This document shows positions 8,815-19,079 of a DNA stretch of 51,067 nt, one piece after another. The notes beneath the pieces were generated by a model. The model ran no database searches, was not told where the DNA came from, and saw only the letters and a list, made by a program, of their open reading frames with translations. Location of the stretch: contig MEDY01000210.1 in assembly GCA_001724265.1 (NCBI GenBank), positions 1 through 51,067 of the forward strand, given 5' to 3'. The DNA comes from Rhizaria sp. SCN 62-66 (Eukaryota). The position numbers and the translations under genes were made by a program. Each line of letters starts with the position of its first letter. Position 1 is the stretch's first letter.

Positions 8815-11355
8815 TCAGTTGCGGTAGTTCTGGCTGCCATATGGCAGCGTCTGCGCGGCCTGGAGCATCCTGGTCGGCGGCACCTGCAGCTCCGTGTTAA
8901 TCTTGGAGCCCAAGTACTGCTGCAGCAGCACCTTGAGCTCCTCGTTCTGCCGCGCCAGCGCTGTCGTGTCCTCGACCAGCCGCGAACGTTCCTCCAGCAC
9001 GCCACCGTACTTGCGCAGCCCAGTGGACAGCGCGTCCCACATCCGCCCGCGCGCGTCGCCCAGGACGTTGCCGAGATTGCGCCAGAAGCGGCGCTCACGG
9101 TCCTTCTTGCGCATACGGCGGTCCGCGCCCTCCGCCGCGGCTGCAGCGGCCGCAGCGGTGCCGGGCGGGCCGCGCGCCGTGCCGGACACGCTGCCGCCCG
9201 CGGCCGCAGCGCCACCGCGACCGGTAACGCCGCCGTTGGCCGTGCCGGTGCCCGATGACGCGGCGCCGCCGTCGCCGCTGGTGTCGCCGACCGCGGCCGC
9301 GATGGCGGCCGAAGCGGAGCCACCGACGGCGGCCTGGCGGGCAGCAAGGTACTCGTGGATCGTCTTGACCACGTCGTTGGGGTGTTTAGCCTTGTCGCTG
9401 CCGCCGTTGCCGCCAGTCACAGTCGACGCAGCGGCCGCAGCAGCGGCGGCCGCAGCAGCCGCGTCACCGCCGGCAGCCACCGCGGCAGCGGCGGCGGCGG
9501 CGGCAGCGGTCGCGGCGGCGTTGCCAGTGCCGTCGTAGAAGTGCGAGACCAGCTCGTCGAGGTCGTCGCGGTCCTCGATGCCCAGCACGGCAAGGATCGC
9601 GTCGACGCTGCGCAGCGTGTGCTCGGCCTCGTTGCCGTTGCTGGCCACGCGCGCGCCTTCGCGAGTGCGCGCGTCGAGCAGGAACCCGCCCTCCTGCGCC
9701 AGCAGCTGCAGCACCGTGCGCACGCGCTGGCGCTGCGCGGGGGCGCTCGACAGGCCCAGCGCGGCGGCGGCGCCGGAGCTCAGATTTGCGTTGCTGGAAT
9801 CGGCGTTGCCGTTGTTCTCGCCGTTGCCGTCCTCGGGGCTACCGTTGCCGTTGCCGTGGCCGTCGTTGGTGGCAAAGCCGTCCTTCATGCCGGACATGGA
9901 GCGGCCGCCGAAGCCCGTGGAGTTCATCGACGACATATTGCCGCTGTTGCCGGAGATGCCACCGCCGACGCTCGAACCGGAGCCAGCGCTGCCACCGAGC
10001 AGTTGCCGAGTCAAATCGTGGATAGCAGACCGCTCGCCGGCGCCCGTGGCCGCCATGAACATGATGTCCGCGGCGCACAGCTCGTTGGGGTCAGTGAGCG
10101 GGCGAGCGGTACGTGCGCTGCGGACGGGACACACCCAGGGGATGGCGAGAATCTGTTCGTGGATGAGCTTGTCGGCCAGGAGCACCTTGCGCGCGAGAGC
10201 GAGGACCTCGGTCTCGTTCATGGCCCAGATGTCGCGGAACTTGGCCTCCTCAACCAGCTCAAAGTGCCGGTGCTTCTGCTGCAGATCCTTGAAGTGCTCC
10301 GTAACGCGCTGGAACTCGGTCGTCAGCGCGGCGTTTTCCTTCTGGAACTTGGCGTCCTGCGCGTTGAACCGCGTCACGGCAGCCGAGAGCTGCGAGCGCA
10401 GCTGCACGGCGCGCTGGCGGTACAGCTCCATCTTGGCCTTGTTCTCGGCGTCGCGCTCCTCGAGTACCGAGTGGTTGTACTCGAGCTTCTCTGCGTTGAG
10501 CTGGTAAGTCGCGCGCATCTGTTCCAGCTGCTGCTCGAGCAAATGCACGTTGTTCTCCAGCGTCACCTTGAGCGCGCCGTGGTCGTGCGCGTCAAGCGTG
10601 CGGATGCGCGCCATGTCCGACTGAAAACGCACTTCGCGGTCGTGTGCGTCGGTGAGGATCTTAAGCTCCATCTCGGTACGGCGATCAAACAAGGCCTTAA
10701 TCTGCGCCATGTTGCTGTCTATCACGCCGCGGCGTTGTGCTACGAACTGGCGCTCGATGTGGTACAGCTGCGTCTCGCACGTCTCCACGTGGCGCCGGTA
10801 CTGCTCCTGCATGCGGGCAATAATGTTCGCAACGTCGTCCTGGTGCTGCGCCAGGAGCAAGATGTACTCCTCGTCCTTCTCCTTAAGCTCGCGCTGCAGA
10901 GCGCGGATGAGCCCGTCCTTGGAGTCGAGTAGCAGCTGGGACTGCTTGTACTGACTGCCAAGCTCCGCGTACGTCTCCTGCGGCACCGTCAGCGCGGCCG
11001 CGGCGGCCCAGCGCGCGTGGATGTCGCGCGTCGCATGCGTCGCCGCTGCGAGCTCGCGTTCGAGGGTTTCGGTACGGGTGTCGCGCGCGGCTGCGTCGCG
11101 GGCGCGCTTTTCACTCTCCTGCGCGTAGCGCTCAACAATCACGCCGCGGAGGGCCTGCTTGGCAGCATCGTTGCTCGTGTCGACCATGCGGCGCGACTCG
11201 GCGATCTGAACCTTGGAGATGGCGACGGGGGCGGCCTCATCACGCTTCGAGTTGGCGTTGGGCTCGTCGGCATGTGCCTGGCGCTGCTTGGCAGCGACGC
11301 GCTCGCGGCGGACCTGGATACGTTCGGCCTTGGTAAGACCCTTGGGTTGGTCCAT
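8815..11355 (-). CDS. DRC1: Dynein regulatory complex subunit 1 (CCDC164), 846 aa
   Basis: Coiled-coil protein with DRC1 signatures 'LLDSKDGLIRALQRELKEKDEEY', 'LEQQLEQMRATYQLNAEKLEYNHSVL', 'KVLLADKLIHEQIL', and C-terminal 'LRKYGGVLEERSRL...QNEELKVLLQQYLGSKINTELQVPPT'. ATG 11355, TGA stop. Confidence 0.92.
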   Translation of the reverse strand: MDQPKGLTKAERIQVRRERVAAKQRQAHADEPNANSKRDEAAPVAISKVQIAESRRMVDTSNDAAKQALRGVIVERYAQESEKRARDAAARDTRTETLERELAAATHATRDIHARWAAAAALTVPQETYAELGSQYKQSQLLLDSKDGLIRALQRELKEKDEEYILLLAQHQDDVANIIARMQEQYRRHVETCETQLYHIERQFVAQRRGVIDSNMAQIKALFDRRTEMELKILTDAHDREVRFQSDMARIRTLDAHDHGALKVTLENNVHLLEQQLEQMRATYQLNAEKLEYNHSVLEERDAENKAKMELYRQRAVQLRSQLSAAVTRFNAQDAKFQKENAALTTEFQRVTEHFKDLQQKHRHFELVEEAKFRDIWAMNETEVLALARKVLLADKLIHEQILAIPWVCPVRSARTARPLTDPNELCAADIMFMAATGAGERSAIHDLTRQLLGGSAGSGSSVGGGISGNSGNMSSMNSTGFGGRSMSGMKDGFATNDGHGNGNGSPEDGNGENNGNADSSNANLSSGAAAALGLSSAPAQRQRVRTVLQLLAQEGGFLLDARTREGARVASNGNEAEHTLRSVDAILAVLGIEDRDDLDELVSHFYDGTGNAAATAAAAAAAAAVAAGGDAAAAAAAAAAAASTVTGGNGGSDKAKHPNDVVKTIHEYLAARQAAVGGSASAAIAAAVGDTSGDGGAASSGTGTANGGVTGRGGAAAAGGSVSGTARGPPGTAAAAAAAAEGADRRMRKKDRERRFWRNLGNVLGDARGRMWDALSTGLRKYGGVLEERSRLVEDTTALARQNEELKVLLQQYLGSKINTELQVPPTRMLQAAQTLPYGSQNYRN

Positions 11356-12713
11356 CGTCAAAGGCAGGAAGCGCGATCTGCGTGCGCGGGGCTTAGGAGT
11401 GGAGTGTCTTTGTTCTGGTGATGCTGGTTAGGGCCTCGTTGAAGAGGAGGTGAGATAGAAGGGCGAATTGAGCCAGGCAAGAGTTTGACTTGCTGGTTGT
11501 GGGATCTTAATAGGTTCTGTGGTTGCGTTAAAGTAATCAAGAGTGACCGATTTGTGTGAGGGGCGACCAAGTTGTGAGTTGAGAGAGTGGTCAACGGGAG
11601 GGAAATGAGGACGAAACTGGGGAGGTAGTTGGCAGGAAAGACAGACGGATGTCAAACTTTAAATAAACAAAATAGCTACGAATTCAACGCGAACTCCCAC
11701 GAATCCAACCACTTCGACATTTGTCGATGTCTATATCTTGGGGTGGCATCGTTTTTATCACTCAATGAACGTTACTTTTCATCGGCCATCGCGGCCATTT
11801 TTCGGTCCAAGAGCCAATCTTATGACAACCAGACAAGATAATATCAATATTATAGCAAACACACACTAGACATAGCAGTTTGATGACTAAACCAAGGTTT
11901 TTTGCAAAGAGTGGTATGCTAATAATTTTTATGAATGTATGAATTGCTTTATCTAGAAGGAAATATGTTGGATTAACGCCGCGACTAAGTACGTGTACGA
12001 CATGCAGTCTGCAGACGCACTTGAAGTATTGTGTGACTGTGAACTAAAAAAGTACAGTTTGATTCATCTCTAACTGCAACAGTTACAAACGCATCATTCA
12101 CATCTTAAAACGTGTGCTTAATAGACACAGACGTGCCTCGGAGCAACCACGTCAACAGAAGAGGAGTGAAATGTGACAAGCTAGCGTAACCGGGGGTATG
12201 TAAAGTGAGGAATCAGAGAGAAACAATGGGAAAGGAAGAGAGAAAAGAAAGTGGCTGAAAACTGAACACTGATGATTGACAAATGGGAATGAAAGTGCGG
12301 CGCAACAGTGCAAATCACTTTACTCACTAGTCGAACATGGCAGCAAATATTTAACGTTCAAACATAACAAAGACCCTGGTTAGGGTCGAAAGTAAGAAAC
12401 GAAATATACAAGTATACGTTACCATAAAAAGAAAAACATCGTTGACTTGTCGTTTTGGTCATGCATCGCGAAATAGGTCTTCTATTGTAAGAACGTCAAA
12501 TAGAAGCCTGTCACAATCACATAAGACCAGACAAGGCAGCAAAGAACAACACAAAATGAACTCAAACAAAAACACTACGGGAAATATGAAAAACCGAAGA
12601 CAATATTAAAGACAAAGCCATTCTTCAATCAACGAAATGCAACAACGACATCTCAATGAAGAACAGTTCTGCTAACGTCTTCGTTAACGAAGACGTATGT
12701 TATAGCTAGCAGC

Positions 12714-15700
12714 TTAGACCCAAGTCTTTTTGGGCGGCTCTGGCGCCTTCTTGGGCTCCACGGCCGCGCGCGCGCGCTGCGCCGCAAGCTGTGCCTCGAC
12801 AAGCGCGGGCATCTTCATGCGCTGTGGTTCGAATGAGCACTCCGCAAGCTCGCGCTGCTCCTTCTCGCGGCGTGCACGCTCCATCTTGCGCTCGCGCTCC
12901 GACACCTGCTCCTGGACGGAGTCCATGTAGCTGGGGTCGCGAACATTGCGCGCAGAGAGGTGAGACTCGTAGTTGGCCGCGAGCGCGCGCGAGGATGAGA
13001 TGAGCGTGGGCTGAAAGGTAACGGCTTCCATCTCACCGCGCAACTTGTCGGCGCGCCGCGCCTGCAAAGCGCGCTTCTGGCGGACGAGGTCGCCCGTACT
13101 CATGTCTTCGACGCTGCGGCGCGGAAGCTGCTGCGAGTACGGGGAGATGGCCGGCGCAAACGTCTCCTCGGCGTACACGGCGTGCTTGGCGGCCGCAATC
13201 GACGCCGCGGCGTGCTTCATCTTGACGCTCATGTCCACGCGTGAGTCGAAGTCCCCGGCGTGGCGCTCGGACCGCGCGACGATGCGCTCGGACTTGGGGT
13301 TCACGTAGGGCTGGCGCAGCTCCCGGTCTTCGCGCAGCTGCGACTGCAGCAGGTCGTCGCGGCGCTGCTGCACGGCACGGCCACGGTCGTCGATGCGGTC
13401 GAGCACGGCGCGGAACGACGGCGTGGGCTCCAGCGCGGCCGGGTCCACGGGCCCCTCGTCCGGATAGTGGCGCGCAAACAGCGCCGAGTCGAAGCGCGGC
13501 GCCGTGCCGTTGAAGGGCGCGATGCGCGGCGCCGGGGAGGCCGAGGCCATGCGGCGGCGCTGCGACGCGCTGTTGCCGCCCGTGTAGTCGTAGTTGGACA
13601 CGCTGGTGTTGTACGACTGGCCGTTGCCGCCCGAGAGACTGCCGCGGCGGGAACCTGCGCGCGAGCCGGAGCGGGAGCCGGGACGCGAGGACACCGAGGC
13701 GTCGAGGCCCACACCACGCGACAGCGCCTGCTGGCGCTGCTCCTGGCGCTCGGCGTGGCGGCGCGACGACATGCCGCCGCCGGCAGTGCTGCTATTGAGC
13801 GGGTACTGCGACAGCGACTGCGAACGCGACTGCGAGCGGCCCGCGCTTGCACCGCCGCTAGCACGGTTCTGCGCGTATGCGTCGTAGGCAGAGTAGCGGT
13901 TGCCGGCGCCGTTGGCGGGGCGGGACGAGCGGCCGTATTCGGCTGAGTCGTCGACGTCGTCGGCGTTGAGGTAGTTGCCGCGGTGCGACAACGACTGCCC
14001 GCGGTGGCCGTTGTTGCTGTTGTACGCCATCGTGGCGTTGGCAGCAAGGTCGGCCTCCGCGCCAGAGTCGTTGTAACGGCCGCTGCTGCGGGCGCTGCCA
14101 GTGCTGCGCACGCCCACAGCAAGGGGGTCGTAGCGCCGGGTCGTGGCAGCCGCGGCGGCCATCGATGCAGGCGGCGGGGCATACGCAACCTGGGCCTGCG
14201 CACCGCCACCGGTGTTGTTACCGTGGTCATCGGCGTTTGACTGCGACTGCGACTCCGGGTGCGGCGAGGCCGAGGTGGCGCGGCGGGCCTCGGACTTAAG
14301 CGCGCGGCGGGCGGCGTCAATGCGGTCCTGCGCGGTCGGCGAGCACACAGGCGTGCGGCGAGAGTGCTGGTGCGACGCGGGCGCTCTGCCGTCGTCGTCC
14401 TCGTCGTCGTTGGCGGCGCCGGTGTTGAGTGGCGGGGCGCGGTTGGGGTGCTCGCGGCGGGCGAAGCTAGTCAGCGCGGCCTCGGCCTCGGCCATGACGG
14501 CAGCGAGCGCCGCCAGCTCCGGTTCGTCCTCAGCGTTCGCCTCCTCGGACTGCGGCGGCTGTGAGGGCTCGCGCTCGCCCTCGCGGTCAGCGGCGTCGTG
14601 CTGCTGCTGGCCGACGGAGCGGAACCCACTGGCGCTGGTGCTCATGTTGCGCGGGCTAGGACTGGGACCGTTGCCGTGAGCTGAGTTGGGCGCGTTGGCC
14701 CCCGACGGGGAGCGCGAGAGCGAGCGCGTGAAGGCGGCGGCCTCCTCGGCGCACGACTTGAGCCGGCGGTGCGTGCGCTGGGCGCGCACGAGCTCAACGT
14801 CGATGTCAACGCCACTGTCGTCGACTGGGTTCGCGTTGGCGTCGGTGTGGCTGAGGAGCTGGTTGGTAGCGGCAGCGCAGTCACCGCCGTCGTTATTGCC
14901 GTCGTTGACAGCCACGTCGGCGTCATCGGCGCCGTTCTGGTCGATATTTGCGTCACTGCTGTTCTGCATAGTCGCAGCCAGCACGCCCGCGTACGAGTCG
15001 CCGATGTCGGCGTAGATGACGTCAGCATCGTCGTCATCGTACGCGTCGTCGTCACGACGCCGGTGCGACTGACGCTGCGATTGCGGCTGTGCCTGCGGCT
15101 GACGCACCTGGGTCTGCGCGGGGCGGGACACAGAACCACGGCGGCTGTCATTGGCACGCGACGTGTAGTAACGCTCGATATCGTCATCGTCAAGCTCGTC
15201 GCCATTTTGGTACTGCAGCTGCGGCGCCTGTGTGCCGTTGCGCGTGCGCGACTGCGACGACGCGCGAGACCGTGCGGAGCCAGCGCCGCCGGCGGGGCCC
15301 TGTTGCATGGCGAGCATCTTGCGTCGCTGCCGGTCCGCGGCCTCAAGCGCGACCGACTGCTGCGCCGCGCCGGGGGCGCCGCGCGAGCGCGAGCTGCTGC
15401 GGTCGCGAGCGCTGTACGGGCCCGCTGCGTTGCCGCCCCCGCCGTTGTAGTCGCCCATGCGAGAGAGGCTTGTGTTGTAGCTGTGGCCGCCTCCGGCGCC
15501 GCCCGTGGAGGACATGGGGCGTCCGCTGCGGTCGCGGCCGCGCGCCGTGGTGTTACCAGAGGGCTGGTGCGAGCGCCCGGGGGACTCGAGGGAGTAGTAC
15601 TCGGTGGCAAGCGCGCGGGAGCCGGTCATGCTGCCGCCGTTGCCGCCCATGACGGCACCGGGGCCGCCACTGATGCTAGCGGCGCGCGAACGCGAGCCGG

Positions 15701-18700
15701 CGCGCGACGCGGGCCGGGACCCGTTCCGGCCATCGTTGTTGTGGCCGTGGCCGTCGTCGTGGTGGAGCAGCGCACGCATGCTGTTGGACGTCCCCATGAG
15801 CGAGGTGCCGTGGCCGCCGCCGCGCGTGGTGGACGCGGAGCGCGAGCGCGCGCGCGTGCGGTTGGCGTCCTGCACGCGGTCCCACTCCTGGCGAAGCTCT
15901 TCCGCACTCTTGTACGGGCCGCGGCCGAAGCCGGTGCGCATGTACCGGCTCCCGCCCTTGGACGGTGTCGCACCGGCACCCAGCGCGCCCGTGGTGGTCA
16001 TGCTCACGCTCGTGTTGAGGCCGGCGTCGCGGCCGCGGCGGGTCGTCGAGGCGGACCGAGGGGCGCACATCTGCGGCTCGCCACCGGCAGCACCGCCGCC
16101 GCCCAGCTGCGGGTCGCAGTCGCCGTCCAGGTCGCCGCCGTCAGCGTGGTCGCCGCCCCGGGCGAAACGCGCGTCGAGCGCGGCCTCGTGCTCCTCCAGC
16201 GCGCTCTGGCGAGCGGCGGCGGTGGCGCGCGAGCGGGACGCCTCTCTGGCGCGCGCCATCTCGACCGAGCGCGCGTTGAGCTGCGGGCGGAACGTGCAGT
16301 TGCGCTCCTCTTCCTCGCGTGCCGCGGCCTCCTTTGCGGCGCGCATCTCGAGCACACGCTGCGTCGGCACGCGCGGCGCGAACAGCCGGCGGCGGGCCGC
16401 GGCGGAGGCCGAGAGCAGCTGCGCGTTGGCGCCACCGTGCTCGCCCGCCTCGTCGCCCTCGTCCGCGCCGTCGCCGCTGTTGTTGTAGGCGTACGAGGCC
16501 TGGTTCTGCGCGGCGGCCGCGTTGCTGGGCGTCATTGGCACCGGCTTGAACGGGTGTTCCTTGGCCCACGCCTCCTCCTGCTCGCGGCGCCGGTTGGCCA
16601 GCGCGGCCTCCTTTTGCGCGATGAAGGCGCGCTCGCGGTCGAGAAGCGCAGAGAAGACGGCATCGCGCTCGCGCACGCGGCTCTCGCGCGCCTCGCGGGA
16701 TCGGTCACGCGCCGACACCGTCGACGAGGCAGACGACGGGACCGCGCCGCGCTTGCTGGCGGGGTGGGACGCCGAGGCCGCGGGGGCCGGGACCGGGGCA
16801 AGCTCGGAGTGCTGCGGGTAGTAGCTGCTGGAGCTGTTGTCGTACGCGTTGGACGGCCGCTGGAACTGGTCGTAGTTGTAGGAGCTGTCGTCCTCAGCGT
16901 TGGGGCCTGGAAACGACTGCGACTGCGGGTGGCCGTGGCCGTGGCCGTGGCCGTGGCCGTGGCCGTGGCCGTGGCCATGCGACGCATACTGCTGAGCCTG
17001 AGGCTGCGGCTGCAAAGGATGGTAGCTGTTATCAGTGGGACCCATGGGATCGCTCTGATGCTGTGGAAACATGTGCTGCTGGTAGCCCGTGTCGCTCTCG
17101 CCGGAGAACGACGTCGTGTCGGCGTCCGTGCGGGGACGGCCGCGCGTGTAGCCGCCGCGGGGCGGCTGGTGCCTCACGCCGCTGCCCAAGATCGCGCCGA
17201 CTCCAACGCCGTGGCCGTGGCTGTGACCCTGGTCGTGGCCGGCATCGGCGATGGCGGCCGCGGCCGCGGCGCCGCCGAAGGAATTGCTGTTGCCGAGCGT
17301 GTGGTCGCCGTGGTGGTGCATCTGCGAGTGCGAGCGTGAGCGCGAGCGCGAGGTGGACGCCGGACTGTGATAATAGCGCCCGTCGCCCAGGTCGTAGCCC
17401 TCGTCGTTGGGTTCGGCGCCGAACTGGAGCGCGCGGAAGCTCTCGTTGGCGCCGGAGTCATTGTCGATAGCGCCACCGTCAGCGTTGTCGAGGTCGTTAT
17501 TGCCGTTCGACTGGGGGTCCGAGGACGAGGCGGGGAGGCTGCCATTGGCGCCGCCGCGGGTGCGCAACAGCGCGGCGGCGGCGGCAGCGGCGGCAGCGGG
17601 GGGGCGCAGACCGCTGCCACGGATCTTAGCGCGACCGTTGCCGCTGCCGTTGCTGCTCGCAGTGGGCGCGTTCTTCGCGTTGTCGCCGTGCTCGTTGACA
17701 GCAGCCGCGGGGCCGTTGGCCTCGCTATGTTGGTCGTTCTTGTCCCTCTGCTGCTGCTCTGAGAGGTCGATGTCGAGATCAAGGTCGCTGTAGTCGAAGT
17801 TGTCGACAGCAGCATGCAACTCCTGCGTGGTCATGCCCACGCCGCCGCGGCCATAGATGTCGCCGTCGTTGTTGGAGCTGTTGGCAGCGTCGGCAGCAGC
17901 GGCGGCAGTGACACCGGCGGTGGTGGCGAAAAGCAGGTTGTTCGCATCATACTCGTCGCCGCCCTCGTGACCGTGAACGTGGCCGTGCTTGCTGTGATGG
18001 GAGTCAGCAGCAGCAGCGTCGGCCTCAGCCTCAGCCTCAGCTTCGGCCTCGGCGCGCGAGTCTTCGTGGACAGCGCGCGACGGGCTCTGCAGCGTCCCGC
18101 TCGCAGGGCCCTTGCCCTTGACCTTCATCCCGTGGCCGTGACCGTGGGCGTCGTCGTGGGCGGCGTTGTTCGCGGTGATGTAGCCGGGCATGGGGGCGTC
18201 GCGCGGGGTGTAGAAGGCGCCGCCGTCGTCCGAAACTGCGTCGTCCTCAGTCTCACCGTGGCCGTGGCCGTCGCCGTGAGCGCCGTGAGCACCCTTTTGA
18301 CCCTTGTGAGCTTGAGTGGCGGAGACGCTGTCGTCGTGCGCGTCCAGGTCATGGATGTTGTTGTCGGCGATCGTGGTGCTAGCGGCAGCGGCAGACTCGC
18401 CGACGACGCCGCTCGCGCTCGCAGTGCTGCTCTCAACAGCAGCAGCATTGGCACCGTTGCTGTTGTTGGCGCTGGAACCGTTGGCGGCGGCGCTGACGAT
18501 GAGGGGCACATCTGTCTCGGTTACGCCGGGGGGGCAGTCCCAGGACACGGCAAGGGTTAGCGTGTGGAAGTAGTACGTGCGGCCCTTCTTGTCGATGGCG
18601 CGGCGCCAGAGCGTGTCGGCCGCGAGCGACGAGGGCGACACGGGCACACTCGCGTGGTGCGCGTTCGAGGGGCGCGCAACGTTCTCGCTCGCGTTCGCGC

Positions 18701-19079
18701 CGCTGCTACCGTTGTTATTGTGGCGCGAGCGAGCGGGCGTGGGGGCGACGGAGGGTGTGGACAGCGAGAGAGTCGAGGAGTCGGCCTCGTCGTCAGCGTG
18801 ATTATTGTTCTGCATCGACGACGACTGTGACTGCTGCTGCTGTTGGCGGGAGCCGGCGAGCGGGTGGCGCGGCGGGGAGGCGCCGATGGCCGCAGCGGAC
18901 AACGCGGGGGCAGGCGCAGAGGGCGAGCTGAGTGGGGATGCCGCCGCGTTGTTGTTCTGCTGCTGGCGCGGGGGCGCCTTGTGTGTGGTGTTAAAGAGCA
19001 TGGCATCCATGTCAACACCCCCGTCGTCGCCGTCGTCGGAAGCGGAGTCGAACGAGTATTCGCGGCGGTGCGAGGCCAT
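12714..19079 (-). CDS. Giant, largely disordered protein (about 2121 aa) with an N-terminal WW domain and repeated (C/T)xFxP motifs; possibly microtubule or basal-body associated
   Basis: WW: 'LWRRAIDKKGRTYYFHTLTLAVSWDCPPG' (~18530-18612). Repeats HPFKP, NCTFRPQLN, ETFAPAIS, VTFQPTL, ECSFEPQ, each after a charged helix. Ends TAA before AT-rich DNA. Confidence 0.8.
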   Translation of the reverse strand: MASHRREYSFDSASDDGDDGGVDMDAMLFNTTHKAPPRQQQNNNAAASPLSSPSAPAPALSAAAIGASPPRHPLAGSRQQQQQSQSSSMQNNNHADDEADSSTLSLSTPSVAPTPARSRHNNNGSSGANASENVARPSNAHHASVPVSPSSLAADTLWRRAIDKKGRTYYFHTLTLAVSWDCPPGVTETDVPLIVSAAANGSSANNSNGANAAAVESSTASASGVVGESAAAASTTIADNNIHDLDAHDDSVSATQAHKGQKGAHGAHGDGHGHGETEDDAVSDDGGAFYTPRDAPMPGYITANNAAHDDAHGHGHGMKVKGKGPASGTLQSPSRAVHEDSRAEAEAEAEAEADAAAADSHHSKHGHVHGHEGGDEYDANNLLFATTAGVTAAAAADAANSSNNDGDIYGRGGVGMTTQELHAAVDNFDYSDLDLDIDLSEQQQRDKNDQHSEANGPAAAVNEHGDNAKNAPTASSNGSGNGRAKIRGSGLRPPAAAAAAAAALLRTRGGANGSLPASSSDPQSNGNNDLDNADGGAIDNDSGANESFRALQFGAEPNDEGYDLGDGRYYHSPASTSRSRSRSHSQMHHHGDHTLGNSNSFGGAAAAAAIADAGHDQGHSHGHGVGVGAILGSGVRHQPPRGGYTRGRPRTDADTTSFSGESDTGYQQHMFPQHQSDPMGPTDNSYHPLQPQPQAQQYASHGHGHGHGHGHGHGHGHPQSQSFPGPNAEDDSSYNYDQFQRPSNAYDNSSSSYYPQHSELAPVPAPAASASHPASKRGAVPSSASSTVSARDRSREARESRVRERDAVFSALLDRERAFIAQKEAALANRRREQEEAWAKEHPFKPVPMTPSNAAAAQNQASYAYNNSGDGADEGDEAGEHGGANAQLLSASAAARRRLFAPRVPTQRVLEMRAAKEAAAREEEERNCTFRPQLNARSVEMARAREASRSRATAAARQSALEEHEAALDARFARGGDHADGGDLDGDCDPQLGGGGAAGGEPQMCAPRSASTTRRGRDAGLNTSVSMTTTGALGAGATPSKGGSRYMRTGFGRGPYKSAEELRQEWDRVQDANRTRARSRSASTTRGGGHGTSLMGTSNSMRALLHHDDGHGHNNDGRNGSRPASRAGSRSRAASISGGPGAVMGGNGGSMTGSRALATEYYSLESPGRSHQPSGNTTARGRDRSGRPMSSTGGAGGGHSYNTSLSRMGDYNGGGGNAAGPYSARDRSSSRSRGAPGAAQQSVALEAADRQRRKMLAMQQGPAGGAGSARSRASSQSRTRNGTQAPQLQYQNGDELDDDDIERYYTSRANDSRRGSVSRPAQTQVRQPQAQPQSQRQSHRRRDDDAYDDDDADVIYADIGDSYAGVLAATMQNSSDANIDQNGADDADVAVNDGNNDGGDCAAATNQLLSHTDANANPVDDSGVDIDVELVRAQRTHRRLKSCAEEAAAFTRSLSRSPSGANAPNSAHGNGPSPSPRNMSTSASGFRSVGQQQHDAADREGEREPSQPPQSEEANAEDEPELAALAAVMAEAEAALTSFARREHPNRAPPLNTGAANDDEDDDGRAPASHQHSRRTPVCSPTAQDRIDAARRALKSEARRATSASPHPESQSQSNADDHGNNTGGGAQAQVAYAPPPASMAAAAATTRRYDPLAVGVRSTGSARSSGRYNDSGAEADLAANATMAYNSNNGHRGQSLSHRGNYLNADDVDDSAEYGRSSRPANGAGNRYSAYDAYAQNRASGGASAGRSQSRSQSLSQYPLNSSTAGGGMSSRRHAERQEQRQQALSRGVGLDASVSSRPGSRSGSRAGSRRGSLSGGNGQSYNTSVSNYDYTGGNSASQRRRMASASPAPRIAPFNGTAPRFDSALFARHYPDEGPVDPAALEPTPSFRAVLDRIDDRGRAVQQRRDDLLQSQLREDRELRQPYVNPKSERIVARSERHAGDFDSRVDMSVKMKHAAASIAAAKHAVYAEETFAPAISPYSQQLPRRSVEDMSTGDLVRQKRALQARRADKLRGEMEAVTFQPTLISSSRALAANYESHLSARNVRDPSYMDSVQEQVSERERKMERARREKEQRELAECSFEPQRMKMPALVEAQLAAQRARAAVEPKKAPEPPKKTWV
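16929..16976 (-). repeat. Perfect hexamer repeat (GTGGCC)8 encoding a (Gly-His)8 tract
   Basis: Read directly; in frame in the 12714-19079 gene. Confidence 0.95.

Noticed and set aside
9355-10932. 525-aa plus-strand ORF
   Set aside because: Antisense shadow of DRC1 caused by high GC3; no domain features.
14769-17339. 856-aa plus-strand ORF
   Set aside because: Antisense shadow of the WW gene; Val/Arg/Ala-rich composition typical of such artefacts.
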